64,000 bases of DNA from a bacterium (lineage in GTDB: Bacteria; Oederibacteriota; JAAXVQ01; JAUVAV01): positions 10,498-74,497 of the forward strand of contig JAIORK010000050.1 of NCBI GenBank assembly GCA_021108215.1, in the 5' to 3' direction. The notes beneath the pieces are model-generated. The model did not search any database and had not been told where the DNA came from. It worked only from the letters and a program-made list of their open reading frames with translations. Below are positions 55,996-64,000 of the stretch, in pieces. Position 1 is the first letter of the stretch. The number at the start of each line of letters is the position of its first letter. The position numbers and the translations under genes are program-made.

Positions 55996-57050
55996 TACTC
56001 TCCTGCAGGATCATCTTTTTCCATTTCACTTTGTTGACCGGATGTTTTTTTTTCTTGTTCCAATTCCCCAGCCTGTATCTCGGCAGTCACGATTTCCTCA
56101 GCATGCGCGTGATCATCATTGTGCCCATTGCCGTCTTCCGGATGTGGTTCTTCTTCCAGCTCTGATAAATTGACGTTGTCATCTTCATCAGCTTCATCTT
56201 CATCCGTTTCATCTTCATCCGTTTCATCTTCATCCGTTTCATCTTCATCAGCTTCGTCTTCATCCGTTTCATCTTCATCAGCTTCGTCATTCTCTTTAGA
56301 TGGATCTAACTCTATATCCGGCTTGCCATTACCGCTGTCATCGGCAACGATTTCATTTTCTTCCGCAGATGCTCCCACATCTGACTGGGATACTTCCGGT
56401 TGCTGTTCAGACTCCGCAGCCATGGTCTGCTCCTCGTCCGCTTCGCCTTCTTCGCCAACTTTGACTTTGGCAATTAATTCTCCCTGTTGATTCATTTCCC
56501 AGGCCTGGCCGGCATCATCCGACTCTAAAATATCCTGTAAATCTTTGAGCATGGGCATATCCGTGAGGTCCTTAAGCCCGAAATAGTGCAAAAATTCTTT
56601 GGTGGTGCCATAAAGAATTGGCCGACCTATAACTTCCTTACGTCCGACAATACGTATAAATTTTCTGTCCAGCAGCGCATTGACAACTCCGTCAGCTGAA
56701 ACACCCCGGATATCCTCAATCTCAGCCTTGGTGATGGGCTGACGGTAGGCAATAATCGCGAGTGTTTCCAAAGCCGCGCGCGAGAGTTTATTACTCGTGC
56801 GTGTCTTGAACATTTTTCGAATCCAGGGAGCATACTGTACACGGGTCGCCAATTGATAGCCTTCCGCGATTTCCACCAAGTGAAACGCTCTTCCCTGCAT
56901 ATCATATTCAGCCTTCAATTCATCCAGGCACGCCAGAACCGTTCGGCGGTCCACATCTTCCAGCAGTCCCTGCATAACACCCAAGGACATGGGTTTGTCA
57001 CCCACAAACAACAAACACTCAATAATCGCTTTAATCTCTTTTTGTTCCAT
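55995..57050 (-). CDS. scpB: segregation and condensation protein B with a roughly 170-aa poly-acidic C-terminal extension
   Basis: The ScpB winged-helix core (IIECLLFVGDKPMSL...), then DEADEDETDEDETDEDE... repeats. Confidence 0.85.
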   Translation of the reverse strand: MEQKEIKAIIECLLFVGDKPMSLGVMQGLLEDVDRRTVLACLDELKAEYDMQGRAFHLVEIAEGYQLATRVQYAPWIRKMFKTRTSNKLSRAALETLAIIAYRQPITKAEIEDIRGVSADGVVNALLDRKFIRIVGRKEVIGRPILYGTTKEFLHYFGLKDLTDMPMLKDLQDILESDDAGQAWEMNQQGELIAKVKVGEEGEADEEQTMAAESEQQPEVSQSDVGASAEENEIVADDSGNGKPDIELDPSKENDEADEDETDEDEADEDETDEDETDEDETDEDEADEDDNVNLSELEEEPHPEDGNGHNDDHAHAEEIVTAEIQAGELEQEKKTSGQQSEMEKDDPAGE

Positions 57051-57836
57051 TTAGTCTTCCTCCGTACCACTTGTCGCGATTTCACGCGCTGTACTGGTAA
57101 ATTCATCCATACGATGAATTTCTATTTCATCAAATAAAGCACCCTGGACAATAATGACCGCCTTGAGGCGGGCTAATTCCAGCAATGCCAAAAAGGCGGC
57201 CACCATGGCAACCTTGCTCCCTTGGCGACGCATAAAATCCACAAACTGAATCCGTGCCGTTTCTTCCAGCGCATCTAAAATCTCATTGATTTTCTGACTG
57301 GTCTTGATCTCCTCACGCTGAATTTGTTTGAATGTTTCCGGCGTGGCATAGGCAACCACGCGTTTGAACGCGGTCAACAGATCAAACATGTTCACTTCCT
57401 TAAATTGTACCGCCGGTTCATCCTTGACGTGTTTTTCCAGGTCCTCATCACTGGGGTGGGCGGCCCGCCGCCAAAAAACCCGGCGCTGCTCGATCTCATT
57501 GTGGTCCAAACCACCGGCAACCTCTTTGTACCGTTTGTATTCCAAAAGCCGACGAATCAAGTCGGCGCGCGGATCAAGCTCCTCGCCGTCTTCCAATGCC
57601 AGTGATTCTTTGGGCAAAAGCATGCGCGATTTGATATGCATCAGTGTTGAGGCCATAAGAATGAAATCACCTGCCACTTCAAGATCCATTTCTTTGATCA
57701 AAGAAACGTACTCCATGAATTCTTCCAGAATTTTTGCGATCGGAATATCATAGATATCAATCTCGTTTTTTTTAATTAAATACAACAGCAGATCAAACGG
57801 CCCGTCAAACACATCCAAATTCAGACGGTAGGTCAT
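57051..57836 (-). CDS. scpA: segregation and condensation protein A
   Basis: LDVFDGPFDLLLYLIKKNEIDIYDIPIAKI; start assigned to MTYRLNL. Confidence 0.85.
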   Translation of the reverse strand: MTYRLNLDVFDGPFDLLLYLIKKNEIDIYDIPIAKILEEFMEYVSLIKEMDLEVAGDFILMASTLMHIKSRMLLPKESLALEDGEELDPRADLIRRLLEYKRYKEVAGGLDHNEIEQRRVFWRRAAHPSDEDLEKHVKDEPAVQFKEVNMFDLLTAFKRVVAYATPETFKQIQREEIKTSQKINEILDALEETARIQFVDFMRRQGSKVAMVAAFLALLELARLKAVIIVQGALFDEIEIHRMDEFTSTAREIATSGTEED

Positions 57837-57838
57837 GC

Positions 57839-58852
57839 TCAGCTCCTTCCCGATGTCAATGAAGACCACTGCATGGCTTTCCGGACAGCCTGCATGGTTT
57901 CCTGCGCTCTTTGCCTCGCCCGTTGCGCGCCCTGGGCCAGGATGGCTTTCAACCGTTCCCGATCATCAGCATACAACGCGCGCTTTTCACGAATCGGAGA
58001 GAGTATCCCGTCTAAAATAGGCATCAACGCTTTTTTACAAACCATACAACCACGCTTGCCTTCCCGGCATTCCGTCTCAATCAAAACCGCATCTTTGGAC
58101 GCATACATTTTAAATAAAGCCAGAACAACGCATCCCTTGGGATTACCCGGTGTATTCACGTGGATTTTCTGAGGATCAGTATACATCTGTTTAATTTTTT
58201 TCTCCACGACTTCTGTCGTGTCTGAAAGATGGATTGAATTCCCATAGCTTTTACTCATCTTTCTACCGTCTGTTCCCGGAACTTTAGGACTCTCGGTTAG
58301 CATGGATTGCGGTTCCGGCAGGGTCTCACCGTATAAATGATTGAATCGCCGACCGATTTCCCGGGTAATTTCCAGATGCGGCAGCTGATCCTGGCCCACT
58401 GGAACATGGGTTGCCCGATAGAGTAAAATATCAGCGGCCTGTAAAACCGGATACCCCAAAAATCCCAGGGTAGAAAGATCACGATCCTGCAATTCCTGCT
58501 GCTGCTCTTTATAAGTCGGACAGCGCTCTGCCCAAGCCAAGGGTGTCAGCATTCCTAAAATAACGTACAATTCTGAGTGTTCCCGGACTTCCGATTGAAC
58601 AAACATGGTTGTTTTTTCCGGATCAAGACCCACTGCCAGCCAATCCAGGAGTAATTCCATGGAATTTTGCACTATGTTGCCGGGACCTTTATATTCTGTG
58701 CTCAAGGCATGAATATCCGCCACCATAAAATAACACTGCGCGCCACTCTCCTGCATTTTAAAATAATTTTTCAGGGCGCCTTCCAAATGACCTAAATGAA
58801 GACGGCCGGTGGGCCGCATGCCGCTTAAGATAATTTTTTCCTGCTCAGCCAT
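57839..58852 (-). CDS. trpS: tryptophan--tRNA ligase
   Basis: The HIGH-like GHLEGAL and KMSKS motifs, within the class I TrpRS fold. Confidence 0.9.
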   Translation of the reverse strand: MAEQEKIILSGMRPTGRLHLGHLEGALKNYFKMQESGAQCYFMVADIHALSTEYKGPGNIVQNSMELLLDWLAVGLDPEKTTMFVQSEVREHSELYVILGMLTPLAWAERCPTYKEQQQELQDRDLSTLGFLGYPVLQAADILLYRATHVPVGQDQLPHLEITREIGRRFNHLYGETLPEPQSMLTESPKVPGTDGRKMSKSYGNSIHLSDTTEVVEKKIKQMYTDPQKIHVNTPGNPKGCVVLALFKMYASKDAVLIETECREGKRGCMVCKKALMPILDGILSPIREKRALYADDRERLKAILAQGAQRARQRAQETMQAVRKAMQWSSLTSGRS

Positions 58853-58901
58853 CGTCCATCCTTTCCCTAAACCGCCTGTGCTGCACCTTCGATCGCATCA
58901 T

Positions 58902-59555
58902 TCAAATAAAAGGATTGCCAAACGGCGCCAATAACAATTTTATAAAAAACGAAATCGGAACCATAATAACCCCTAATAAACCCGTGGCAAAAAGCGCCAT
59001 TAAAATCAAAAAAGAATATCTCCCGATTTTCTGAAATTGATATGCCCACGGACCCGGCAGAATCGTTGTGAGAATTTCAGCGCCATCCAATGGCGGCAGT
59101 GGGATCAAATTGAAAGCCGCCAGGATAATATTAATATTCAATGCTGCATATAAAACATTGCGTATTCCATTATTTTCCATCAACCCCATGTATCTTGCCA
59201 GCCAACCAACCAGTAATATCGCGATTGCCATTAGGATATTTGCTGCCGGACCGGCCAGAGAAACCAACAACATATCACGTTTGGGATTTTTAAAATTGTC
59301 CGGTGAGACTGGTACCGGTTTGGCATATCCAAAAACCATGGTTCCGCGCGACATCATAATGAGAAATAAGGGAAGCAACACTGTTCCCCAAAGATCGACA
59401 TGCCGCATGGGATTCAATGTCAATCTACCCATCATTTTGGCAGTAGCATCACCGAGGCGATTGGCCATCCAGCCATGGGAATATTCATGGATGACAATTG
59501 CCAGCAGCAACCCGGGAGCGAAAATGATTATTTGCATTACTAATTGAGAACCCAT
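58902..59555 (-). CDS. site-2 protease family (peptidase M50) membrane metalloprotease
   Basis: HEYSHGW (HExxH) in TM1, and a later LDG motif. Confidence 0.8.
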   Translation of the reverse strand: MGSQLVMQIIIFAPGLLLAIVIHEYSHGWMANRLGDATAKMMGRLTLNPMRHVDLWGTVLLPLFLIMMSRGTMVFGYAKPVPVSPDNFKNPKRDMLLVSLAGPAANILMAIAILLVGWLARYMGLMENNGIRNVLYAALNINIILAAFNLIPLPPLDGAEILTTILPGPWAYQFQKIGRYSFLILMALFATGLLGVIMVPISFFIKLLLAPFGNPFI

Positions 59556-59610
59556 AAAAACCCCACTTTAATATCCTTGCGCTATCTGTTTTCCCAAAAG
59601 GGTGTTTTTC

Positions 59611-59766
59611 GATAAATATCCACGGTCTTACCCGGCATCCGGCATTCGCCCCCGCATACGCGGGGCAAGCTGGGCAAGTACACCGGGCAGGCTGCCCCGA
59701 CCTGATAAATACTATTTCTTTGGGATGCTATCGCAGCCCATCGTGTTCGCACTGGCACGATAAAAC
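59611..59766 (+). repeat. REP/MITE-like repeat copy (same family as 14704-14957)
   Basis: gataaatatccacggtcttacccggcatccggcattcgcccccgcatacgcggggcaagctgggcaagtacaccgggcaggctg...cccatcgtgttcgcactggcacgataaaac. Confidence 0.7.
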
Positions 59767-59945
59767 CTTTTTAATCAAACACTTTTCAGGAATTCACGAG
59801 GAACATAAACCCCCAAAACACGAAAAAAAAATTCTGTAAAATGAAAAAAAGTTTAGCAAAGTTAACCAAGGCTGTCAACGACTTATATAGAACACTTTTT
59901 TTTAAAAAAACAATTGATTTTAAATGTTTTTCAGGGACATTCCGG

Positions 59946-60566
59946 TCAATTCCAGGAAGAAAAATGCTTCAGTATTGTTCGGATTGCGTCTTCATGGCCT
60001 GTCCCAAAAAAAAGCAGTCCTTTTTCATGGCCGCCCATAATAACCGTCCCGCCTTTGAGAACATTACGATCACTTATCAAGGCGGCAATCGCGCGTGCCA
60101 TTTCCGGTGTTCCATAGGTTGCCTGGGAAGACGTGGTGGGCAGTACATTCCGGTATTTTTCCCACATCCCTTGATGATGTATGTGAATCACGTTGGAAAT
60201 ACTTTGAAACTGACGGTAAATGTATGCATGCGTCATGGACTCAGAGGAAGCCTGGATGGGTCCCTGACAGTCAAGCCGGTTTTCTTCCAGATCAAATCCA
60301 ACCACCCGGGTTACATGTTCGGATGCAATAGATACCAGATGACCCGTCTGGGTTCCGGTAACAATGAAGTCATCTGTTTTGTCAATCCGCAGACTGACAT
60401 TGCCGTACCCGATCCCGGCTGAATCCACACCCACCAAACCTTTGGCAAGCAACCGGCTGCGGATGGCATCCATGGCTTTCCACGGCCAGGCAGTATCTGC
60501 CCTGGTTTTGGTCCAGTGGCAATTAAATTTTAAAACACCTTCTCTGGGTTCCGGCATCGAACTCAT
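59946..60566 (-). CDS. class II aldolase/adducin family protein (MtnB-like methylthioribulose-1-phosphate dehydratase candidate)
   Basis: The fold-family His cluster (IHIHH) and size; it is translationally coupled to mtnA. Confidence 0.55.
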   Translation of the reverse strand: MSSMPEPREGVLKFNCHWTKTRADTAWPWKAMDAIRSRLLAKGLVGVDSAGIGYGNVSLRIDKTDDFIVTGTQTGHLVSIASEHVTRVVGFDLEENRLDCQGPIQASSESMTHAYIYRQFQSISNVIHIHHQGMWEKYRNVLPTTSSQATYGTPEMARAIAALISDRNVLKGGTVIMGGHEKGLLFFGTGHEDAIRTILKHFSSWN

Positions 60567-61687
60567 CGGTGGTCGGGATAAAGACTCAGGATACTTCTTT
60601 CTTCCGCCTCACAGACTCCCCGCTCCGTAATCAATCCGGTCACAAGATGTGCCGGGGTCACATCAAATCCGTAATTAGCGACCGGACTACCCTTCGGGGT
60701 CAACAATACCTGTTTGATTTCCCCGTCGCATACGCCCTGAATCTTCCTGACTTCTTCCCCGCCCCGTTCTTCAATGGGAATTTCCTGCAACCCATTGCGC
60801 ATGGTCCAGTCAAATGTGGAAGACGGCAGCGCGACATAAAAAGGAACCGTATTATCTTTGGCAGCCAGTGCTTTTAGGTAGGTCCCGATTTTATTGGCCA
60901 CGTCACCTGTCCGGGTCGTGCGGTCACTCCCCACGATCACCATGTCAACCATCCCGTGCTGCATCAGGTGACCGCCGGCATTGTCCACAATCACGGTGTG
61001 CGGAACATGATGCTGTCCCATTTCCCAAGCGGTGAGACGCGCACCTTGGTTCCAGGGGCGTGTCTCATCCACCCAGACATGCACCGGGATGCCGGCATCG
61101 AACGCAGCATAAATCGGTGCGGTTGCTGTTCCATAATCAACACATGCCAACCAACCGGCATTGCAATGCGTAAGAATGTTGACCGGCTTCCCGTCCTTGG
61201 ATTCGCTGATTTTCCTGATAATATCCATACCATACCCGCCAATCTTCCGGCATGCGTCCTCTTCCTTAAGTGCAATGGCAATGGCATTGCTCATCGCAAG
61301 CGATTTTTTCTCACCCAGGTCATTGCCTTTGGCTATTTTGGAAAACTGTAAATCAACCGCCCAGGCCAAATTCACTGCAGTAGGACGTGATGCTTTCAGT
61401 TTTTCAGCGGATTCCATCACAAAAGCATCAAACCGGTCGGCCGGCGCTTCCAATGTGGCAATATACATCCCATACGCCGCTGCCACACCAATCAAAATCG
61501 CACCGCGAACATGCATCTCCCCGATAGCACGCACAAAATCATCGACCTGTTTTAATTCCTCAATTACAAACGCATGCGGTAGACGTGTTTGATCAATAAT
61601 AAATACCGTATCTTTTTTCCGGTCATTGAGCCAGATGGTCTTCGTCGCTTTCCCATTAACTTTCATCACTTCCTCCAGGTTGATCAA
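60563..61687 (-). CDS. mtnA: S-methyl-5-thioribose-1-phosphate isomerase (eIF-2B alpha/beta/delta-like)
   Basis: 374 aa with the MtnA-family motifs (VFIIDQTRLP, HCNAGWLA, VGSDRTTRTGDVANKIGTY). Confidence 0.85.
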   Translation of the reverse strand: MINLEEVMKVNGKATKTIWLNDRKKDTVFIIDQTRLPHAFVIEELKQVDDFVRAIGEMHVRGAILIGVAAAYGMYIATLEAPADRFDAFVMESAEKLKASRPTAVNLAWAVDLQFSKIAKGNDLGEKKSLAMSNAIAIALKEEDACRKIGGYGMDIIRKISESKDGKPVNILTHCNAGWLACVDYGTATAPIYAAFDAGIPVHVWVDETRPWNQGARLTAWEMGQHHVPHTVIVDNAGGHLMQHGMVDMVIVGSDRTTRTGDVANKIGTYLKALAAKDNTVPFYVALPSSTFDWTMRNGLQEIPIEERGGEEVRKIQGVCDGEIKQVLLTPKGSPVANYGFDVTPAHLVTGLITERGVCEAEERSILSLYPDHR

Positions 61688-61726
61688 TTGCTTGGCATTG
61701 TAGCATAGGTGAGGAACCCCGCCGTG

Positions 61727-61840
61727 CTATTTATCGTGCCAGCGCGAACACGATGGACAGCCTGCCCCGCGAACTTGCCCAGCTTGCCCCGCGTATGCGG
61801 TGGCGAATGCCGGGTGCCGGGTAAGCCCGTGGATTTTTAT
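61727..61840 (-). repeat. REP/MITE-like repeat copy in inverted orientation (minimal roughly 115-nt form)
   Basis: Its reverse complement reads gataaaaatccacgggcttacccggcacccggcattcgccaccgcatacgcggggcaagctgggcaagttcgcggggcaggctgtccatcgtgttcgcgctggcacgataa. Confidence 0.7.
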
Positions 61841-62946
61841 TTCTTCTTAGAAAAATTTTCAGAAAGCATTTCAAAAAGCAGCGCCTCTGTCACCGTATAG
61901 GGATTATTCATATGATTGTGTGAATGAATTGCCTTGGCAGCATAGCATTTTTGTTCTTCTTGGGTCAGGACTATTTTTTTTGGAAAAATTTTTCCCAAAA
62001 AAACCTGAAATGCTCCCCAGTGTTCCAGGCGCAAAAGACTCAAAACCCGGTTGGCCTTGCTGCTCACGCTTGCGCATCGCTTCATCTGGCTGGTTAAAAG
62101 ATACCCATTGGCCCGTCCATGGGGTATCTTTTTATGATACGTCAAGGGATATCCCAAGGCATGCACGGTTGCGGTTCCGGCGGTTGCGATCACCATCCCC
62201 CCCAGTGTGGATGCCAGCATGAGCTTTTCCCGTACCCCTCGGTTGATATCCTCGTGCTCCAGATTGAGCATACATTCGCGAAAAATTTGAAGTCCTTTTT
62301 CAGCCAGGGTATCGGTTAAAACATTGGCTTTTTTTGAAATGTACCCTTCCAAAAGATGCGAGAGCGCATCAATTGCGGTATCCAGGGTAATGGCCCACGG
62401 GAGATCCAGTGTATAGACCGCATCAACCAACGCCAGCTGGGGAAATGTATAATAGCCGGCAAATGCCCTTTTGGACCCTTTCCTTTGATCTGTCAACACG
62501 CCATACGGTGTTACTTCGGTTCCGGTCCCCGCCGTAGTGGGTATTGCCACAATGGGCAACGCCGGTGTCAAATAGTCCATCGTATACAATTGTTCCGGTG
62601 CCATACCGGGATTTGCCATCAGGACGGCCATGGCCTTGGCCGCATCAATGGCAGAACCACCGCCTACCCCGACAACCACGCTTACCGCTGCTGCGCGTCC
62701 ACAGGCCGCACCGTTTTCCACGGTTTCAAAGGAAGGATCCGGTTCAACGCCGCAAAACAATTCATAACCTAAATCGGCCTTTGCCAGACTTTTTTTCAAA
62801 TCATCCAGGGAACCGTTTTTCGCTGCCGAAGTTTTACCGGTTACCACCAGTGCTTTTTTTCCAAACCGCGTCCATTCCTTGGTTTGCGCTGTCACACAAT
62901 GATTGCCAAAAAACAGTCGCGTCGGATTATAAAATTGAACAGACAT
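61837..62946 (-). CDS. iron-containing alcohol dehydrogenase
   Basis: GGGSAIDAAKAMAV and the His metal ligands (HALGYPLTYHKKIPHG). Start assigned to MSVQFYNP. Confidence 0.85.
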   Translation of the reverse strand: MSVQFYNPTRLFFGNHCVTAQTKEWTRFGKKALVVTGKTSAAKNGSLDDLKKSLAKADLGYELFCGVEPDPSFETVENGAACGRAAAVSVVVGVGGGSAIDAAKAMAVLMANPGMAPEQLYTMDYLTPALPIVAIPTTAGTGTEVTPYGVLTDQRKGSKRAFAGYYTFPQLALVDAVYTLDLPWAITLDTAIDALSHLLEGYISKKANVLTDTLAEKGLQIFRECMLNLEHEDINRGVREKLMLASTLGGMVIATAGTATVHALGYPLTYHKKIPHGRANGYLLTSQMKRCASVSSKANRVLSLLRLEHWGAFQVFLGKIFPKKIVLTQEEQKCYAAKAIHSHNHMNNPYTVTEALLFEMLSENFSKKK

Positions 62947-62961
62947 CAAGCCGCCTCTCAC

Positions 62962-63417
62962 TTAAAACCAGGGTGTGTCCACCAACTTGATAACCGGTTT
63001 GAATCGCTTTTTCCACGCACTCAAAATCGGCTCTCGAATTTCGGGATAAAACGTCAACTGCTTTAGCTCTGCCGGTGTAACCCAGCAAACACCTTTCAGT
63101 CTGCGGTCGGGATTCAAATGAAGCCGGCCACCTTGCAAGCGGGCATAAAACGTCAAATTTAAAATATGCCGTTTTCCCCGTGGTGCAATGGATTCATTAA
63201 TAAAAAGCAAGGAACCCACCTTTATTTCCAAAGAGAGTTCCTCCATAAATTCACGCGCCAAACCAGCCTCACAGGTCTCACCCCACTCAAGTCCGCCTCC
63301 GGGAAGTAAAAAATATTCCTTGCCCGCACGGTGATGTTTAACCACCAGCAACTTACCCTTTTGTACCACCACACCGCCCAAACGAATACGGGGTAACCGC
63401 TCTTGGGCAGTACTCAC
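62962..63417 (-). CDS. NUDIX hydrolase
   Basis: Nudix box [24 protein letters not shown]. Confidence 0.85.
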   Translation of the reverse strand: MSTAQERLPRIRLGGVVVQKGKLLVVKHHRAGKEYFLLPGGGLEWGETCEAGLAREFMEELSLEIKVGSLLFINESIAPRGKRHILNLTFYARLQGGRLHLNPDRRLKGVCWVTPAELKQLTFYPEIREPILSAWKKRFKPVIKLVDTPWF

Positions 63418-64000
63418 AATAAGCTCCCCTGTTCTCTTGGCGGCAGGCTTATCCCCAGATGTGTATAGGCTGCCAACGTTACCTTGCGCCCCATCGAGGT
63501 TCTTTGTAAAAACCCGGTTTGAATTAAAAACGGTTCATAAACATCTTCCAGCGTCCCGGTTTCTTCCCCCAGGGCAACCGCAATGGTTTCAATCCCTACC
63601 GGTCCGCCGTTATAATGTTCAATAATGATCTTCAGCAGCCGGCGGTCCATCATATCCAATCCCCTCGCATCAATTTCCATCATCCCCAATGCTTCAGATG
63701 CAATCTGTTTATCCATCTTGCCGGCGTTTTTTACTTGCGCATAATCCCTGACTCTTTTTAGCAACCGGTTGGCAATACGCGGCGTCCCTCGCGAACGACG
63801 CGCAATCTCCAGGGCGCCATCCTTATGCAAGACGAGTGAATAAACCGATGCTGATCTCTCGATGATTTGCTGCAATTCCTCGGGTTGGTAAAAATCCAGC
63901 CGGTGCGAAACTCCAAAGCGGTCCCGCAGCGGCCCGGTGATCAGCCCGGCCCGGGTGGTCGCGCCAATGAGCGTGAATTTGGGTAAATCCAAACGAATGG
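63414..64000 (-). CDS. ruvB: Holliday junction branch migration helicase RuvB, C-terminal part (gene continues past window end)
   Basis: [20 protein letters not shown] (sensor 1 / arginine finger region) and a winged-helix C-terminus. The reading frame is open to position 64000. Confidence 0.85.
   Translation of the reverse strand, partial: IRLDLPKFTLIGATTRAGLITGPLRDRFGVSHRLDFYQPEELQQIIERSASVYSLVLHKDGALEIARRSRGTPRIANRLLKRVRDYAQVKNAGKMDKQIASEALGMMEIDARGLDMMDRRLLKIIIEHYNGGPVGIETIAVALGEETGTLEDVYEPFLIQTGFLQRTSMGRKVTLAAYTHLGISLPPREQGSLL

Noticed and set aside
56087-56490. ORFs 56087..56290 (-) (MTKLMKMKRMK…) and 56119..56490 (+) (poly-Ser)
   Set aside because: These are frame-shadow and antisense readings of the GAT/GAA/ACG repeat that encodes the ScpB poly-acidic tail. 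They are not independent genes.
59841-60422. 193-aa plus-strand ORF
   Set aside because: It is antisense to the MtnB-like class II aldolase gene, which has clear family motifs and coupling to mtnA.

Overview
This 64-kb bacterial window is moderate-GC and almost entirely coding, with most genes on the minus strand. No rRNA genes or CRISPR arrays were found. Two large secreted beta-helix proteins end in type-IX-secretion (T9SS/Por) C-terminal sorting domains, which points to a Bacteroidota/FCB-group-like, probably uncultivated, organism. Housekeeping content includes a Firmicutes-like xseA-xseB-ispA-dxs-tlyA-recN cluster; an aroA-tyrA-DAHP synthase-hisC-pheA cluster; ispH-plsC-cmk; rpsA; scpA-scpB-rluB; trpS; mtnA with an MtnB-like gene; a four-subunit 2-oxoacid:ferredoxin oxidoreductase; and partial ruvB. 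Features worth attention: (1) A tRNA-Asp/tRNA-Val-adjacent accessory region (about 19.4-27.0 kb) holds three copies of a terminator-plus-tRNA-Asp-3'-end-like repeat spaced about 3.1 kb apart. The same region carries a roughly 0.6-kb ORF-less group II intron candidate with a textbook domain V hairpin, IS3-like and IS256-like transposase remnants, an orphan T9SS C-terminal-domain gene fragment, a T9SS cargo paralog, and a kamA-ablB (N-epsilon-acetyl-beta-lysine) gene pair. (2) A low-GC three-gene insertion splits xseA from xseB. It encodes a secreted YVTN beta-propeller protein, a secreted lytic-transglycosylase (SLT)-domain protein with a large unknown C-terminal region, and a small cytoplasmic protein. 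(3) A dispersed REP/MITE-like repeat family built around the palindrome cccggcattcgccggg has three full copies. Two of them form an inverted pair flanking the mtnB-like and mtnA genes. (4) A second palindromic repeat family, with core gtagggaacggt...accgttccctac, occurs at 2.6 kb and 19.8 kb. (5) Two apparently frameshifted genes: a SAM methyltransferase that has lost motif I, and a Crp/Fnr regulator. (6) Poly-acidic tails on XseB and ScpB create spurious lysine-rich shadow ORFs. (7) A HigB/HigA-like toxin-antitoxin pair is present. All calls are made by eye from the sequence and the ORF translations; no database searches were run.
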